64,000 nucleotides of DNA from Eledone cirrhosa. Taxonomy: Eukaryota. Below are positions 42,009 to 55,645 of the stretch, piece after piece; the stretch's first letter is position 1; the number at the start of each line of letters is the position of its first letter. Where the stretch lies: positions 13,826,001 through 13,890,000 of the forward strand of contig OZ024755.1 in the NCBI GenBank assembly GCA_964016885.1. Reading direction: 5' to 3'. The notes under the pieces are model-generated. The model was not told the DNA's origin, did no database searches, and was given only the letters and a program-made list of their open reading frames with translations. Position numbers and translations under genes: made by a program.

Positions 42009-42119
<111 letters not shown>

Positions 42120-43021
42120 TTATGTATATATGTGTGTTTGTGTGTATATATTTATATATATATGTATGTAATGAGTGAGGGGGTGAGAGATTGAGAGATG
42201 TGTGAAGGAATCTTTGTTCACAAAGACATAGTGATTCATAATCTAAATAAAGGAATCAATGCGGTTAAAGACAGAATATTTTATATTCATTTATTTAAAG
42301 CTTACAAATTTCTGGAACTTCATCAGAGTTAAAAACATAATAAACATTATCATACATAAGTGTCAAAGTGTCAAAATATAGGTGTGAAGAAAAAGAAAGA
42401 AAAAAAAAACAACGAGGAAAGATCAAGAACTAAAGCCATTATACAATATAACAGAACCCCCCCCCCCTCCAGAATAAATGAAGTTTATATGTAATTTCTT
42501 GTATAAAAATACATAGAGGCGATAAAGTTTTAGACAGTCAGACAGAATACTTCTTCGGTATTCATTTCTGTTCTCTGATTACAATTCCTGTCGCAGTCAC
42601 CTTCGCCTTTCATCCTTTCGAGAACGATATTCATCTATATTCTTTTGTAGTTTTCCACTTTCTATTCTCATTCTCTGAAATAAATAGGCTCTATTTAAAC
42701 CTGGAAAGGGATGAGTGTTCCCATGTTTACAATGTTCAGGGAAAGGCGCTGCGATAACCATTCCACCTCACGGGTAGCCAACTCCGCTCCGATCGAGTAG
42801 GGATATGATTGTATCTACAAAGAGAAGGTAATATAGACTAGTTTTCTGAGTGAATGTGGTCGACAAGCATATTCTTTTAATATTTTACTGGTTTCAGCTA
42901 TTAGAGTGAATTCATACTGGGGTTGCATACTGATATCATATTGATATCAGATTTTCATTGTTTCAAGTCCGATATTTATTTCATCGAGCTCTTTCTGTTG
43001 AACCACTAAGTTACAGGACAT

Positions 43022-43162
<141 letters not shown>

Positions 43163-43166
43163 AATA

Positions 43167-43233
<67 letters not shown>

Positions 43234-43383
43234 ATAAATTCACGAAACCTCAATACCACGAGGTGCTTCTTGCCTGCATGTGTACACACACACTGACACA
43301 CTATATACAGTCGATCGACTTTCGTCACTTCGGACCGAGGAAACAATGTTTCCATTGGTCTTTCCAATTGCTAATACTATCAC

Positions 43384-43416
<33 letters not shown>

Positions 43417-43780
43417 GATAGATAGATAGATAGATAGATGGATGGAGGTTTGAGAGGGCGTGTGCCGTCATACATGCGTTCGGTTTTGTAGGAAATTAAA
43501 TATCTTCCTGCTATTTATTCCAGGCTGTGAAATACATCGGGAAACGAAGCAACACTTTTGCATTATATATTTGTAAATTTTCATTAAATATTTGTATGCA
43601 ATTATTTGTTCGCATGTGCATGCTTATTTGTTTCTGTATGTGCTTGCATGTACATATACACACACTCACACTTACACTTACACCAGCCCTCGCCACCGAT
43701 CCTTGCGTGTAGGTGTTTTAAAGGTAAATATGTGACTAAGCCAATAAATGCAATATGCATATATATATATATGTGCATAA

Positions 43781-43823
<43 letters not shown>

Positions 43824-44095
43824 TACATTTATGTGTGTGTATGGGTGAATGTGTACATATTGTCTAGTTATAGATTGAATATCCAAACGTGGAAGAGCTC
43901 TCAATCTCTGATAGACATTGAAATATATTAATTTATTAAACTGCAATGAATATGGCCGATTCGATACAACTGTTTCGCAGCATATATGTTGCAATTTCGG
44001 TGTTATTCTATCGTGAACACCCCACGGTATGTATGTGTGTGTGTATATATATATATATATATACGTATATTTATATATGTATAAATGTGTGTATG

Positions 44096-44157
<62 letters not shown>

Positions 44158-45093
44158 GGTGTATATATATTATAGATATAAACATAGGTGAAACTTTGGG
44201 GAAAGCCGTTATTCAGTATAACATATAAAGCAATGATTAACCATACAAAGACAAAGCCTGGTACTTATTTTATCGATCTCTTTTTGCCGAACCTATAATG
44301 AGTAATTGATTAAACTTTAATTTTCTCATGTTGTACTTGTGATGGTAAATGAATCTATCAAATATATATAAACACCAGGCAACCAATAAAAAATATGTTA
44401 AAGACCCATTCTCCGTTGGTTGATAAGCTGAAGAAGATCCCGGACCCCCTCTTTATTTTCGGTGTTTTCCGATATATTTATCATTGAATCGACTGCAATG
44501 TAGCTATCCGCAAGATTTGATCTGACTCATTATCCTCTGGTGTAACTCATTCGGACTTCTGTGTGCCGGGACCATAACATCTAGCTGATGTTTTGCAAAG
44601 GACGTGAGAAAATATAGTATATTATTATTGTTAAAGAATAATTGAATAAAATGGAAGGCACCAGATGCAAACAGAATGAATAATTCTTCTTCTTGTCTCC
44701 ACTCCCCTTCTTTCGTTTCTCGAACAACACGGAAGTTAGTCGTCAGTGATGGTGTTGCTGGTAATGATCGGGAGTGACGATAGAATATTTAATAGTACAG
44801 GGTAACATAATAAACAGGTATAAATTTATCGTAATTTTGGTGAACAATCTAAATCATTAGCTACATGAATTAGGAAAGTGTTCGCACAAATGCGTACAGG
44901 AAGGACACTAATTACGTCAATTGGTGATAATGTAGAACGAACGAAAATGGCGAGGTGTGCGCGTACGTGTTTGTGTCAGGTGTGTCACATTCCTTTCAAG
45001 CTTATGTAAATAAGGAGCCAATTATTGTAAAATTCGATAACACAGACACATAAACACACGCACACACACGCACACACACGCACACACACGCAC

Positions 45094-45202
<109 letters not shown>

Positions 45203-45502
45203 TTCCACTAAAGTTACTCACTAATTTTAATGATTACTGGAGGTAGCACCAATGTGAGCACTCGAGTGTATATATGAAATATGATATGGCGAAATTTCAC
45301 ATTGAAAAGTTTTTATTCGTCCGTTACATATGTTTCACAGATGATTGGTTCAAGATCCTTATCGATGGTACTCAGACTTGTGTACTCAATCAAAGCATTT
45401 ACATCTATGTGTGTACGTTTATATTAGTTTATTTTTATGTAAATCTATACACACATATATATGTTCAGCAATATATTACACACACACACACGCACACACA
45501 CA

Positions 45503-45604
<102 letters not shown>

Positions 45605-46009
45605 GAGAGAGAGAGAGACAGGGGGAGAGAGATATGTATATATGTATGTATGAATGTATAATCTCACACAATGCATGTATGGATGTAAAATGACACAATA
45701 CCAATCACTCCACCAAGCGAAATATAAGGTTTGTATGTGTGTAATTATTTTGCTGAAATTATATATTCCGGATAAAATGAAATATTTCACCTGTAAAGCA
45801 TTCAGAGAGAGTTGTTGCACTTTTTTTTTCTAATTCATAGTATCGATGTATTAAATATCTCTTACTTAAATCTAGTTAACACGCAAGAAAGTAGCTTAGC
45901 TACATATCAGCACACACTAGGTTTAATGCCTGCCTATTTGTTCGAGACGTTTCCTACTCTCTCTCTCTCTCTCTCTCTCTCTGTATATATGTATATATGT
46001 ATATATGTA

Positions 46010-46131
<122 letters not shown>

Positions 46132-46254
46132 GGAGGTGAGTTTTATTGTAGTACAATAAAGCAATGCAGATATCGGATAAGAAGCACTCTACAGTTTGTA
46201 GGACTGGAGTATACATAATATATAAGATCAAAAGATGGTTAAAAGAGTTCCATG

Positions 46255-46325
46255 TATTTTATTATGCGCATTTCAAAAACAAATATCATCATGCAATAAC
46301 ATTTGTGTTTTCATCAGATAAAATA
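46255..46325 (-). ncRNA. Type I hammerhead ribozyme motif (inverted copy of 46397-46467)
   Basis: Reverse complement of the + strand motif, in the left arm of the inverted repeat. Confidence 0.8.
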
Positions 46326-46396
46326 GGAAGACATGATATGTTGATTTAAAACTGCACTATTCACAAGTGATTTTTAACCTTCATATCACGTCTTCC

Positions 46397-46467
46397 TATT
46401 TTATCTGATGAAAACACAAATGTTATTGCATGATGATATTTGTTTTTGAAATGCGCATAATAAAATA
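46397..46467 (+). ncRNA. Type I hammerhead ribozyme motif (Penelope-like pLTR type)
   Basis: TATTTTAT-CTGATGA-[long stem II aaacacaaatgttatt...gatgatatttgttttt]-GAAA-TGCGCA-TA-ATAAAATA. Perfect 8-bp stem I, intact core, palindromic stem III (AUGCGCAU), predicted cleavage after AUA at 46459. Confidence 0.85.
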
Positions 46468-46495
46468 CATGGAACTCTTTTAACCATCTTTTGAT

Positions 46496-46536
<41 letters not shown>

Positions 46537-46582
46537 TATACGATATATTAACAAATGGAAACTATATTTATAAAACCATATT

Positions 46583-46647
46583 TATTTCAGTATACATATT
46601 TCAAGGACACCAAGTTAAATTATGGTGCGCTTTCATCAGATAAAATA
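46583..46647 (-). ncRNA. Type I hammerhead ribozyme motif (inverted copy of 47101-47165)
   Basis: Reverse complement of 47101-47165 with a mismatch at the first stem I pair. Confidence 0.7.
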
Positions 46648-47100
46648 TAATATAGATCAGTTTTATAAATAAATATTGACATACCCTTAAATAATGCGAC
46701 CATTTCTGTTGGAACCTCCTGGATAGTGGGTTATTAAATTTATTTAGTCTATTATGCAAATTAGTGTCGGATATGTTTAAATCACAGTAGATTTAAAATA
46801 AGCCGTTGAAGTATGGAAAAAAAGGAAAGAAAAGAAAAAGCGAAAAAAGAGAAAAAGAGAAAAAAGAGCGAACTCTGAGAGGAAAATAAGAAAACAAGAG
46901 AAAGAGAAGAAAAAAAGAAAAAAAGAAAAAAAGAAAAAAAGAAAGAGAAAGAGAAAGAGAAATAGAAAGAGAAAGCTCTAAGTGATAGGTTGTTGTATTA
47001 GCGTAACTTTTAAGATGAAGTGAAAAAATGAATATTTATTCGATGAGTTAGGAAGCGTAAATAAGCGTGAATAGATATTATATCTATCTGATCTATATTA

Positions 47101-47165
47101 TATTTTATCTGATGAAAGCGCACCATAAGTTAACTTGGTGTCCTTGAAATATGTATAATGAAATA
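47101..47165 (+). ncRNA. Type I hammerhead ribozyme motif
   Basis: TATTTTAT-CTGATGA-aagcgcacca...tggtgtcctt-GAAA-TATGTA-TA-ATGAAATA. Stem I 8 bp with one G-U, stem II paired, AUA cleavage triplet. Confidence 0.8.
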
Positions 47166-47294
47166 AATATGGTTTATAAATATAGTTTCCATTTGTTAAT
47201 ATATCGTTTTTACTCCAATAATTTGTGGAGTGCTTTATATCAGTTCTAAAAATATTTGCTTGTTGTATCCCAACAATTTAAATAGAACTTTTAC

Positions 47295-47303
47295 ATATAT
47301 ATA

Positions 47304-47337
<34 letters not shown>

Positions 47338-47376
47338 AATGGGAAAAATGAAATTTCATTTCTCTGTGTATATGTA

Positions 47377-47455
<79 letters not shown>

Positions 47456-47536
47456 ATATATATGTGTGTGTGTGTGTATATATATGTGTGTGTGTGTGTA
47501 TATATATGTATGTGTATATATATATATATATATGTG

Positions 47537-47614
<78 letters not shown>

Positions 47615-47636
47615 TATATATATATATATATGTGTA

Positions 47637-47714
<78 letters not shown>
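47295..47714. repeat. Compound (TA)n/(TG)n microsatellite, representative of dozens of such tracts
   Basis: Seen directly. Confidence 0.95.
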
Positions 47715-47717
<3 letters not shown>

Positions 47718-48162
47718 GGAAAAAATGAAATTTCATTTCTCACTCTTAGTACGGCTGATACTTAAATGTAATATGTATACAGATGTACAGTAGTATGTAT
47801 ATACATACATACATGCACACACACATATATATGTACGTATGGTTTTACCGAACATTTATTATAATATTCGGTTTGTTTGTAAACAAACACCCCGAATTAT
47901 GCCGTACAGAGTTCGGCAACTATCGTTGCCCTTTTGTTAAACACTGACAAAGGAACGATGAAATAGCTTCTAGCTTATTAACTGTCATCAGCACCATATA
48001 CCTTCCTGTCAGTCGATTGAACGTTTGAAAGTATATACTTTCCTTGTGCATATTAACGGCTGAGCAGCCTAATTTGCACATATATATAAGTATTAAGATT
48101 TTGGACGTTAGTCCTTAATCAAGAGATACTGTTGATACCTTGGATACCTTTACCAAAACCAT

Positions 48163-48233
<71 letters not shown>

Positions 48234-49947
48234 TATATATATATATTCATGAAATGGATAATGTTGCTACAACTAGATTTACCATGATATGGATCTAAAG
48301 GTAATGCCTATAATCCAACGGTGTTGTTTCTGGAAAATTATAATATAAATATTTTTTTCTCTGTGTCTCAATTTTGAATTACACATCATGCATTCTTATC
48401 ATATGTTATAACTACGTATATGTATGTGTTCGTTTTTCATCATTGTATACATGCGTTCAAGTTAATGTATTTATATTTTACCGGTTCACAATAAGTATAC
48501 GTGTATATATACACTTGGTAATATAGCTCTGTGTATCTGCATCCAATATTAGAAATAAATAAGAATCCAAACCCCCCACCGTGTATTCTTAGAAATCTAT
48601 CCAACAGCCTGAGCAAACGAATATCGATATTCTCATATGACTAAGATGTTTTTAAGAAAGCAATGAGCATATATAATAATGCGCAGGAAACCATTAAAAA
48701 CAATACTCATACGCAAACTAAGTGAGGAAACCCTAGCAGAAACATTCTGTGGTATAAACCAACATTTTCAGTGCATATAAGTAGAAAGATAGGTAAAGAT
48801 AGGCAAAACCATTTTCCATTTTGTCAGATGCTATTTTTATATCAAACATATCTGGAACCTTTATAATTCAAATTTTCTTAAAATATTGTTTTCAACTTTA
48901 ACGACGCTTGACAACAATGTAACATCCTTGAATAACAAAAGATAATGAAGAATTTAAGTTAAGAGAACACAACCAGCTGATCAACGAAATACTGCTGCCA
49001 CTTTGTAGTCCACAGAACCATCCCTGGTAAACAATTATGTATGAAGCCATGGTCAGGTCTATGAAGAAAACGGCATTGTTTATACCGTTGCATAACTACG
49101 AACCTATTTAAGGACCGGTCCCATAGACATAACTCTATAAAGAACATTACTAAAAGTGTTAGAGATAGGCTTAGCTACGTATGTACTGTCTTAATGTACC
49201 ATATATCATTAAATAGCAAGTATTAGGTAGAATGCCAAGTATGCGCAGCAAAATATTTTCTGGAGTCTTTGCATACTAGACAAGCTATTCACCTTGAAAT
49301 CTCAAATCGAAAAATGACATACTCAAACAGATTTAATTTCTCCTTGCCCTCATATACGTAGATCCCTTCATAAGCCCTTTACTTTTGAGTCTTAGGGACG
49401 CTGTCCTGACAAATTCCGTGTCTGGGAATGCTCCTTCTTCTTCTGTTATAAACATAGCCGGTTCCTTCTAGAAAGTGAGAAAGAGAGATATAGGAAGAAT
49501 CTATCCCACAACTGGACTGATACTAAATTTATCGATCACGAAAGGATGAGAAGTAAAGTTGATCCCAATAGAATTTGCTCCCAGAGCGCTGATAACCGGG
49601 ACCCATACTGCAAAGCTTTCCAATATTTACGTAGATACTTACTGAAAATCTTTGACCATATGCCAATAGCAAAAAATATGAAATTTCAACAGAACACACA
49701 TTTCACTTTCATTCATGTTTTTCTTTTTTATATAGTATTTTACGTATATTTAGTAATTCAGTTATAATGAACTCATTTCTTAAATAAATTATTGACCTGA
49801 ATGATATGCCAAATAGAGGAGAAAATGATATCCTGATTAAATATATATTTCCTGTTTATTTAGTATTATATGTTGTATCAGTAATGGCATTCGAGTGACC
49901 TCCCTCCTTGAATCAATATACTTAGCGACCGCTAGCTAACAACTTCA

Positions 49948-50085
<138 letters not shown>

Positions 50086-51161
50086 CAATGAATGTCTATC
50101 TATTTCTCTCCTCTCTCCCTCTGTATATATATATATATATAATTTGATACAGATATTCCTCTAAAAGATTACCGCATAGGCATTAATATACGCAATAATT
50201 CATATATAACTGGTAAAACACTTCAATATATACACTAAGGTATATATCAATGTTTCACAACGTTTTCACTGTCTAGGGCCCTGGTCATTCATATCAATTA
50301 TTTCCCAACAATTCTGAGGCTTTTAAAAGACATATCACCTCAGCAGGCTTGCTGACACCAATTACTACATTTGCAGATCCCCAGTAGTTCATGTAACATA
50401 AGCTGCGAATGCTGCTAGAGTAGAATAAATGCACATAGTAAACATATACATCAGCACAGGGTCTGATTGAAAAATAAAACACATTTGCTCATTCCATGAA
50501 CATTTCAGCCTACCTGCGTCTTACGACATTTAGAAAAGGACACAGAGAAATAATCACATCACAAGTGTAGCATCCAGCCAATAGGAATGCTTAACTTATA
50601 ATTTAAACACAGTGAAATATATATATTTTCATTCGTATTTTAAAGAAGCAATACAAATTGATAGATGCATTATAGAAACATTATATGAAGATTGAAATCA
50701 CAGCGAAACTACTAGTAGTAATATTGAACGGCTATGTAGCTAATAATTAGTCGGGAAGGCTTTTATTGTATTGGATAGTAATTGTGTAAGTTGTGTTATT
50801 GAATTGAGAGAAGCTAATATATACTATGTGGCTCATTCCTCTTTCCAATCTTGCCGTCAGATACTTACTGAGGAGATGGTATTTTTTCTCTCCGCTTTTG
50901 AGAGTTATATTTTGATTTGTTTTGCTATTTCTTTTTTATCTTTTTACTTTTCTTTTCTTTTTATTTGTTTATCTTTCTTCTCCGATGTAATTAGCTTTGT
51001 TTTCTGCTTTATTATTTCCTTATATTATACAGGGAATATTTATTAGAAGTTTCTCTTTTTTCAATCGTGCCATATTATAATAATCAGTCCACTTCTGCTT
51101 GCTGCTAAATATCTTGCAAGATACACTGTGTTTATATGGTAATCATTCTCTATTTGTATAT

Positions 51162-51426
51162 TTCTTCTTCTTCTTCTTCTTCTTCTTCTTCTTCTTCTTC
51201 TTCTTCTTCTTCTTCTTCTTCTTCTTCTTCTTCTTCTTCTTCTTCTTCTTCTTCTTCTTCTTCTTCTTCTTCTTCTTCTTCTTCTTCTTCTTCTTCTTCT
51301 TCTTCTTCTTCTTCTTCTTCTTCTTCTTCTTCTTCTTCTTCTTCTTCTTCTTCTTCTTCTTCTTCTTCTTCTTCTTCTTCTTCTTCTTCTTCTTCTTCTT
51401 CTTCTTCTTCTTCTTCTTCTTCTTCT
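51162..51426. repeat. (TTC)n microsatellite, about 88 units
   Basis: Uninterrupted tract seen directly. Confidence 0.95.
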
Positions 51427-51528
51427 CAGGCAATGGAGTAAATATATCTTACCAGCTTTACGATTGTCGTTTCGAAATATAGGGAGTAGTTTTCTCTCAT
51501 TATTATTACAATTATTATTACAATTAAA

Positions 51529-51720
51529 CGGCGGTGGATTGGCAGTATCGGTAGAGGGTCGGACGCCATGTTTTCCAGCATAGTTACGTCCTTTACGATC
51601 TGAGTTCAAATCCCGCCGAGGTTGACTTTACCTTTCATCCTTACGGGGGTCGATAAAATAAAGTACCAGTAATGCACTGGGTATTTACTGGCCTTGTGCC
51701 AAAAGTAGAAACAATTATCA
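51529..51720 (+). mobile_element. tRNA-derived SINE, near full length (dominant family in the window)
   Basis: Pol III A box (TGGCAGTATCGG), B box (GAGTTCAAATCC), body cgccgaggttgactttacctttcatcc...gataaaataaagtaccag, (ATT)n-like tail. Confidence 0.85.
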
Positions 51721-52018
51721 TTACAATTATTATTATTGTTATTATTATGAGTATCATTATTTTTATTATTATCATGTCTCAACAAGCTTCTCATATGTCG
51801 ATTATTATGTTGAGAAATAACAAATGACTAATGGCTTCCCAGATGTTTTATTTTCACATGTTTCAATTTTTTTTACTCTACTATGAGGCCGGTTAGGTGT
51901 TCATTCCACTCTTATATTCTGTTCTGTTTATGTTTCTCGCATAACTTCCAGTGCATGGTCTTGCCAATGTTGTCATGCCCCTGTTTGTATCCTTTCTACG
52001 TAAGTTTACTATACTCCA

Positions 52019-52088
<70 letters not shown>

Positions 52089-52097
52089 CGTGCGTGC

Positions 52098-52199
<102 letters not shown>

Positions 52200-52593
52200 A
52201 TACATAGAGTCGCACACATTCAAATACACAATAATGTTTCGTTATATTTTCTCTACACAAAATAAGTAGTAGACAATATCATAAGATAAGAACACGAAGA
52301 GCTGAAGGAAAATGGACGGAATTTAATTATTCGTAGTCATATTCTTCGAGACTGAGAAGAAATGTAACTATATGGAGAAGATCCATCATAATTATTAATT
52401 AAATATCTTGCATATGTTGCAGGAGAATATATAAATATATTGTATAGAAGAACACAGCTGAGGTGGTGCCGTGAAAAGAAGAAAAAACGTAATTTCCAAC
52501 ATTAATAAAACCGAGAGCAAGCTGCGAAAATTAACATTTTTTAATATCGTAACGTTTCATATACATATGTGTATGCCTGTGTGTTTGCGTGCG

Positions 52594-52635
<42 letters not shown>

Positions 52636-52662
52636 GTTTATATATATATGGATATATATACA

Positions 52663-52747
<85 letters not shown>

Positions 52748-52816
52748 AAAAAGAGATGAAATCGAAAATGCAACTGGAGTCTTATTTTTTTAAAAAATAT
52801 ATATATTTATTTGGTT

Positions 52817-52854
52817 CCTTTACCGGTTTCGCAGTTCTTCTGCTTTTCAAAAGG
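52817..52854 (-). ncRNA. Hammerhead motif with compensatory U3-A8 core
   Basis: Minus strand: CCTT-TTGAAAA-GCAG aagaa CTGC-GAAA-CCGG-TA-AAGG. Perfect stems I and II, palindromic ACCGGU stem III; the C3-G8 tertiary pair is replaced by U3-A8. Confidence 0.7.
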
Positions 52855-52907
52855 TGAGTTGAGATGGAGGGTCTAAAAAAAACCTCACTTTCTAATATAT
52901 ATATATA

Positions 52908-53090
52908 TAGTAATAATAATAAATTTGAAGACTAAAATCTAAGTATCGTCTTCCTGTCTTCCTTCGGTTGCAACGTTTTTCGAAATATTTACTTCTGCGT
53001 TCACAGATTGATTTTTTCAGTTTCAGAAGATCCCGTTAAGAGTAAAAACACCGATTTTTGCTTAAATTTTAATCTATTATTTTAATAAAT
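52908..53090. mobile_element. (TA)n-embedded relic, family C
   Basis: Same start and end as 41295-41505 with a different middle. A further family C fragment lies at 60043-60095. Confidence 0.6.
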
Positions 53091-53110
53091 ATATATATAT
53101 ATATATATAT

Positions 53111-53270
53111 ACAAAAAGTGAAACGAAAGGAGCTGTGTGGTTACTGAAAACAAGGTTTAGGATGGTGGTTAGGACGGAACAGGAGGAGAAACGAAGAATG
53201 GAGTTTCCATCGTCAGCTGTAATTGTTTCCCGAACCGATGTTTCGGTGTAGTTCGGGTGCGCCCGAGGCC
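53111..53270 (-). mobile_element. (TA)n-adjacent relic homologous to 61759-61906
   Basis: Both share taaccacacagctc...ttcgtttc at the TA-proximal end and the order GAAA...CTGAYGA. Confidence 0.5.
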
Positions 53271-54130
53271 TTTTATTAATCAAAAGGCCAGGTGGAAAAG
53301 GAGGGAGAAAGAGAGAAAAAGGAGAGAGAAAAGGAAAGAGAGGTAAAGGAGGAAGAACAGGGGGGGGGGAGAAAGGAAGAAAGGGGGAAGAGAAAAGGGG
53401 AAACATAGGAAAGGAATAGGAGAAAAAAAATGTACAGGACCCATCGGGGGAAGACAGGTGAAAGAAACATGCAAAAAAAGTAAGCGTGGAAAAATAGGGA
53501 AAGGAAGTTGTGGCCAACCTGGGAGACTTTAGCCTGGTGGTCAGCTACGAGACAGAGCTGGTATAATCTGTTCCATATTTACAATATTCCATGCTTAAGC
53601 ATGCCTCCACAGTTTTTATATAGTCAACGAAAGTATAGATTGATATAAAGTTCGTTTCTGCTTTATTAATTCCGAATCTAATAGAATCTCTTTGCTCGTA
53701 TATTTTCCTGTTAAATAATATAATTAGTCAGAGAATGAATGTTACGATGAAAATAAATTGATATGTGAATATGAAGTAAATGAAAACCAAAACATCAAGT
53801 TGTAAGATCACAACCACGAAGAAAGATCAGTTTTGTGTATGTGAATATTGATACATACAAGCATACAGACTTTCGTACACACACTTATACACACTTATAT
53901 ATGTGTGTGTTTGAAAATATGGTCACCACAATGCAGATAACTATAATAATATTTGATAACTGTAAATAATTGTTGAATAAATCTCGTTAAGTACCCATAA
54001 AGACGAAGGAAGAATGGTAGAGAATCAGAAGTAGATAGCAGTAGAATCAGTCGAAATCATTAGAAAGGAGCAACACTAGCAGCAAGCACATGCCCGTTAG
54101 GGTCAGTTTCAACGGTTCATTCTCTAAATT

Positions 54131-54267
54131 TAGTAGAAGAAATACATCTGTTTGTTTTTACTTTTTCCTTCAGAATTTGAAGATGGAAAAAAAATAAACA
54201 TAGAAGAAATACATCTGTTTGTTTTGCTTTTTCCTTCAGAATTTGAAGATGGAAAAAAATAAACATA
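54131..54267. repeat. Tandem duplication, unit about 67 bp
   Basis: tagaagaaatacatctgtttgtttt...gaagatggaaaaaaataaacat occurs twice. Confidence 0.85.
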
Positions 54268-55599
54268 TTATACCTCTGTTCATCTGGAACAGATGACATT
54301 GGGATATTTTAAATGTATTAATGTATACCATTGAACAAATTTTACGAGATATTTTATTCAACACTTCAACGACAGTTCACTACCTAACAACAACAATTGT
54401 AACCAAATATTCCAATATTCCAATAAGCTTGAATAAGACAGCTTAACACTTTCGTTGCCATATTTCCTATGAAAGACACTGTCTATGATTTTCAAATAAG
54501 TTTCTAAACAATCAGCAGGTTGAAAGGATTTAGTAAAATAACCTTCTTATTCAGTTAATGTTCGAAACAATTGCTTACAAAGAATCATTGTGAAAGGTCT
54601 TTAAATAACCACCAATGGTTCTATTATGCATAACTACTTGTAGAAAATCTAAGTTGGACATATAAGCTCCCGAAGGCGGAAACATTTGTACAGCGCTACC
54701 TGTACAAAAGTTTTTAAAGTGCCGGCAATGGCGGTAATGTAATAATTTGTTTTCCGTCTCACGGGGCTTATATGCCCAACCTAGACTATTCTTTATAATT
54801 AAAAAATGTTGATGTTGCTAACTTCAAGTTAGCTCAGAGGTTCAAATAATGGACTGTTTACAAACAGTTATGTATAGTAGAACCAATGGCAATTTCTGAC
54901 AGTTTGTAATCAGAGGTGTTAAAAGACTTTGAGGACTGACCATTTCCATTTTTCCTTCGGGCCGATAAATATGTCTACATATGTTTTTGTCCAAATGTTC
55001 AAAAATTTCATTTCTCAGAAATGTCTAAACATCGCTCGTTATTCGTTTCGCAAAATCTTCCATTATGTTTACAGAACAATTCACATATTTGCTCAAGCAA
55101 ATATTCTTTTATGGGAATATTTCCCATTTTTATATTTATTGAAAAAGCCTGGGCACATTTGTACACCTGAAAGATTTCATTTATGATTAAATCTGGAAAT
55201 TTCTACAAAACTCCCAAGTAAATCTGTTGATATATTTCGAGAACACAGTATGGTACATTGTTTCCAGGAAGGAAAACTTATAATGAATTCTTTCATAAAA
55301 CTCCAGTATTTACCGAACTCTTTGTATTATTTGTTTGTAACTATAAAACATTATTTGAAAGTTATAGACTCTTTAAACGTTGTTGCTTTATAGCCAAACT
55401 AAACAAAAATATATATTTATGTCTGTCTGTATGAATATAGACATGTATGCTTGTGTGTATATGTATATACGTGATTGTGAATATCTGTCAATCAGTGTAT
55501 ATGTACTGTGTGGGTATACGTGTAGATACATCCGTGTGTACGTTTATAGGCCTGTATGTATATGGATATATTTATGTCTTTGTGTATTCGTATGCATGC

Positions 55600-55645
<46 letters not shown>

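Larger units (their letters stand above)
46540..47295 (+). mobile_element. (TA)n-embedded element with 121-bp inverted arms and 427-bp spacer
   Basis: Arms 46540-46660 and 47088-47208 each carry a hammerhead; purine-rich spacer; homolog at 41065-41238. Confidence 0.75.

Noticed and set aside
42299-42330. Minus-strand CTGATGA-agttcca-GAAA-tttg-TA hammerhead-like core
   Set aside because: Stems I and II barely pair. It may be a decayed copy but is not supportable.
43232-43392. TA-flanked island with a ggaaaca/tgtttcc hairpin, ending cactttctaata like about 52886
   Set aside because: Probably another relic, but no complete ribozyme core or clear family match.
44900-45040. Promoter-like motifs (TTACGTCA, AAAATGGCG, CCAAT)
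   Set aside because: Short motifs expected by chance, with no supporting transcript or gene.
51529-51615. tRNA gene
   Set aside because: The A/B boxes belong to a SINE head; no cloverleaf, and a repeated SINE body follows.
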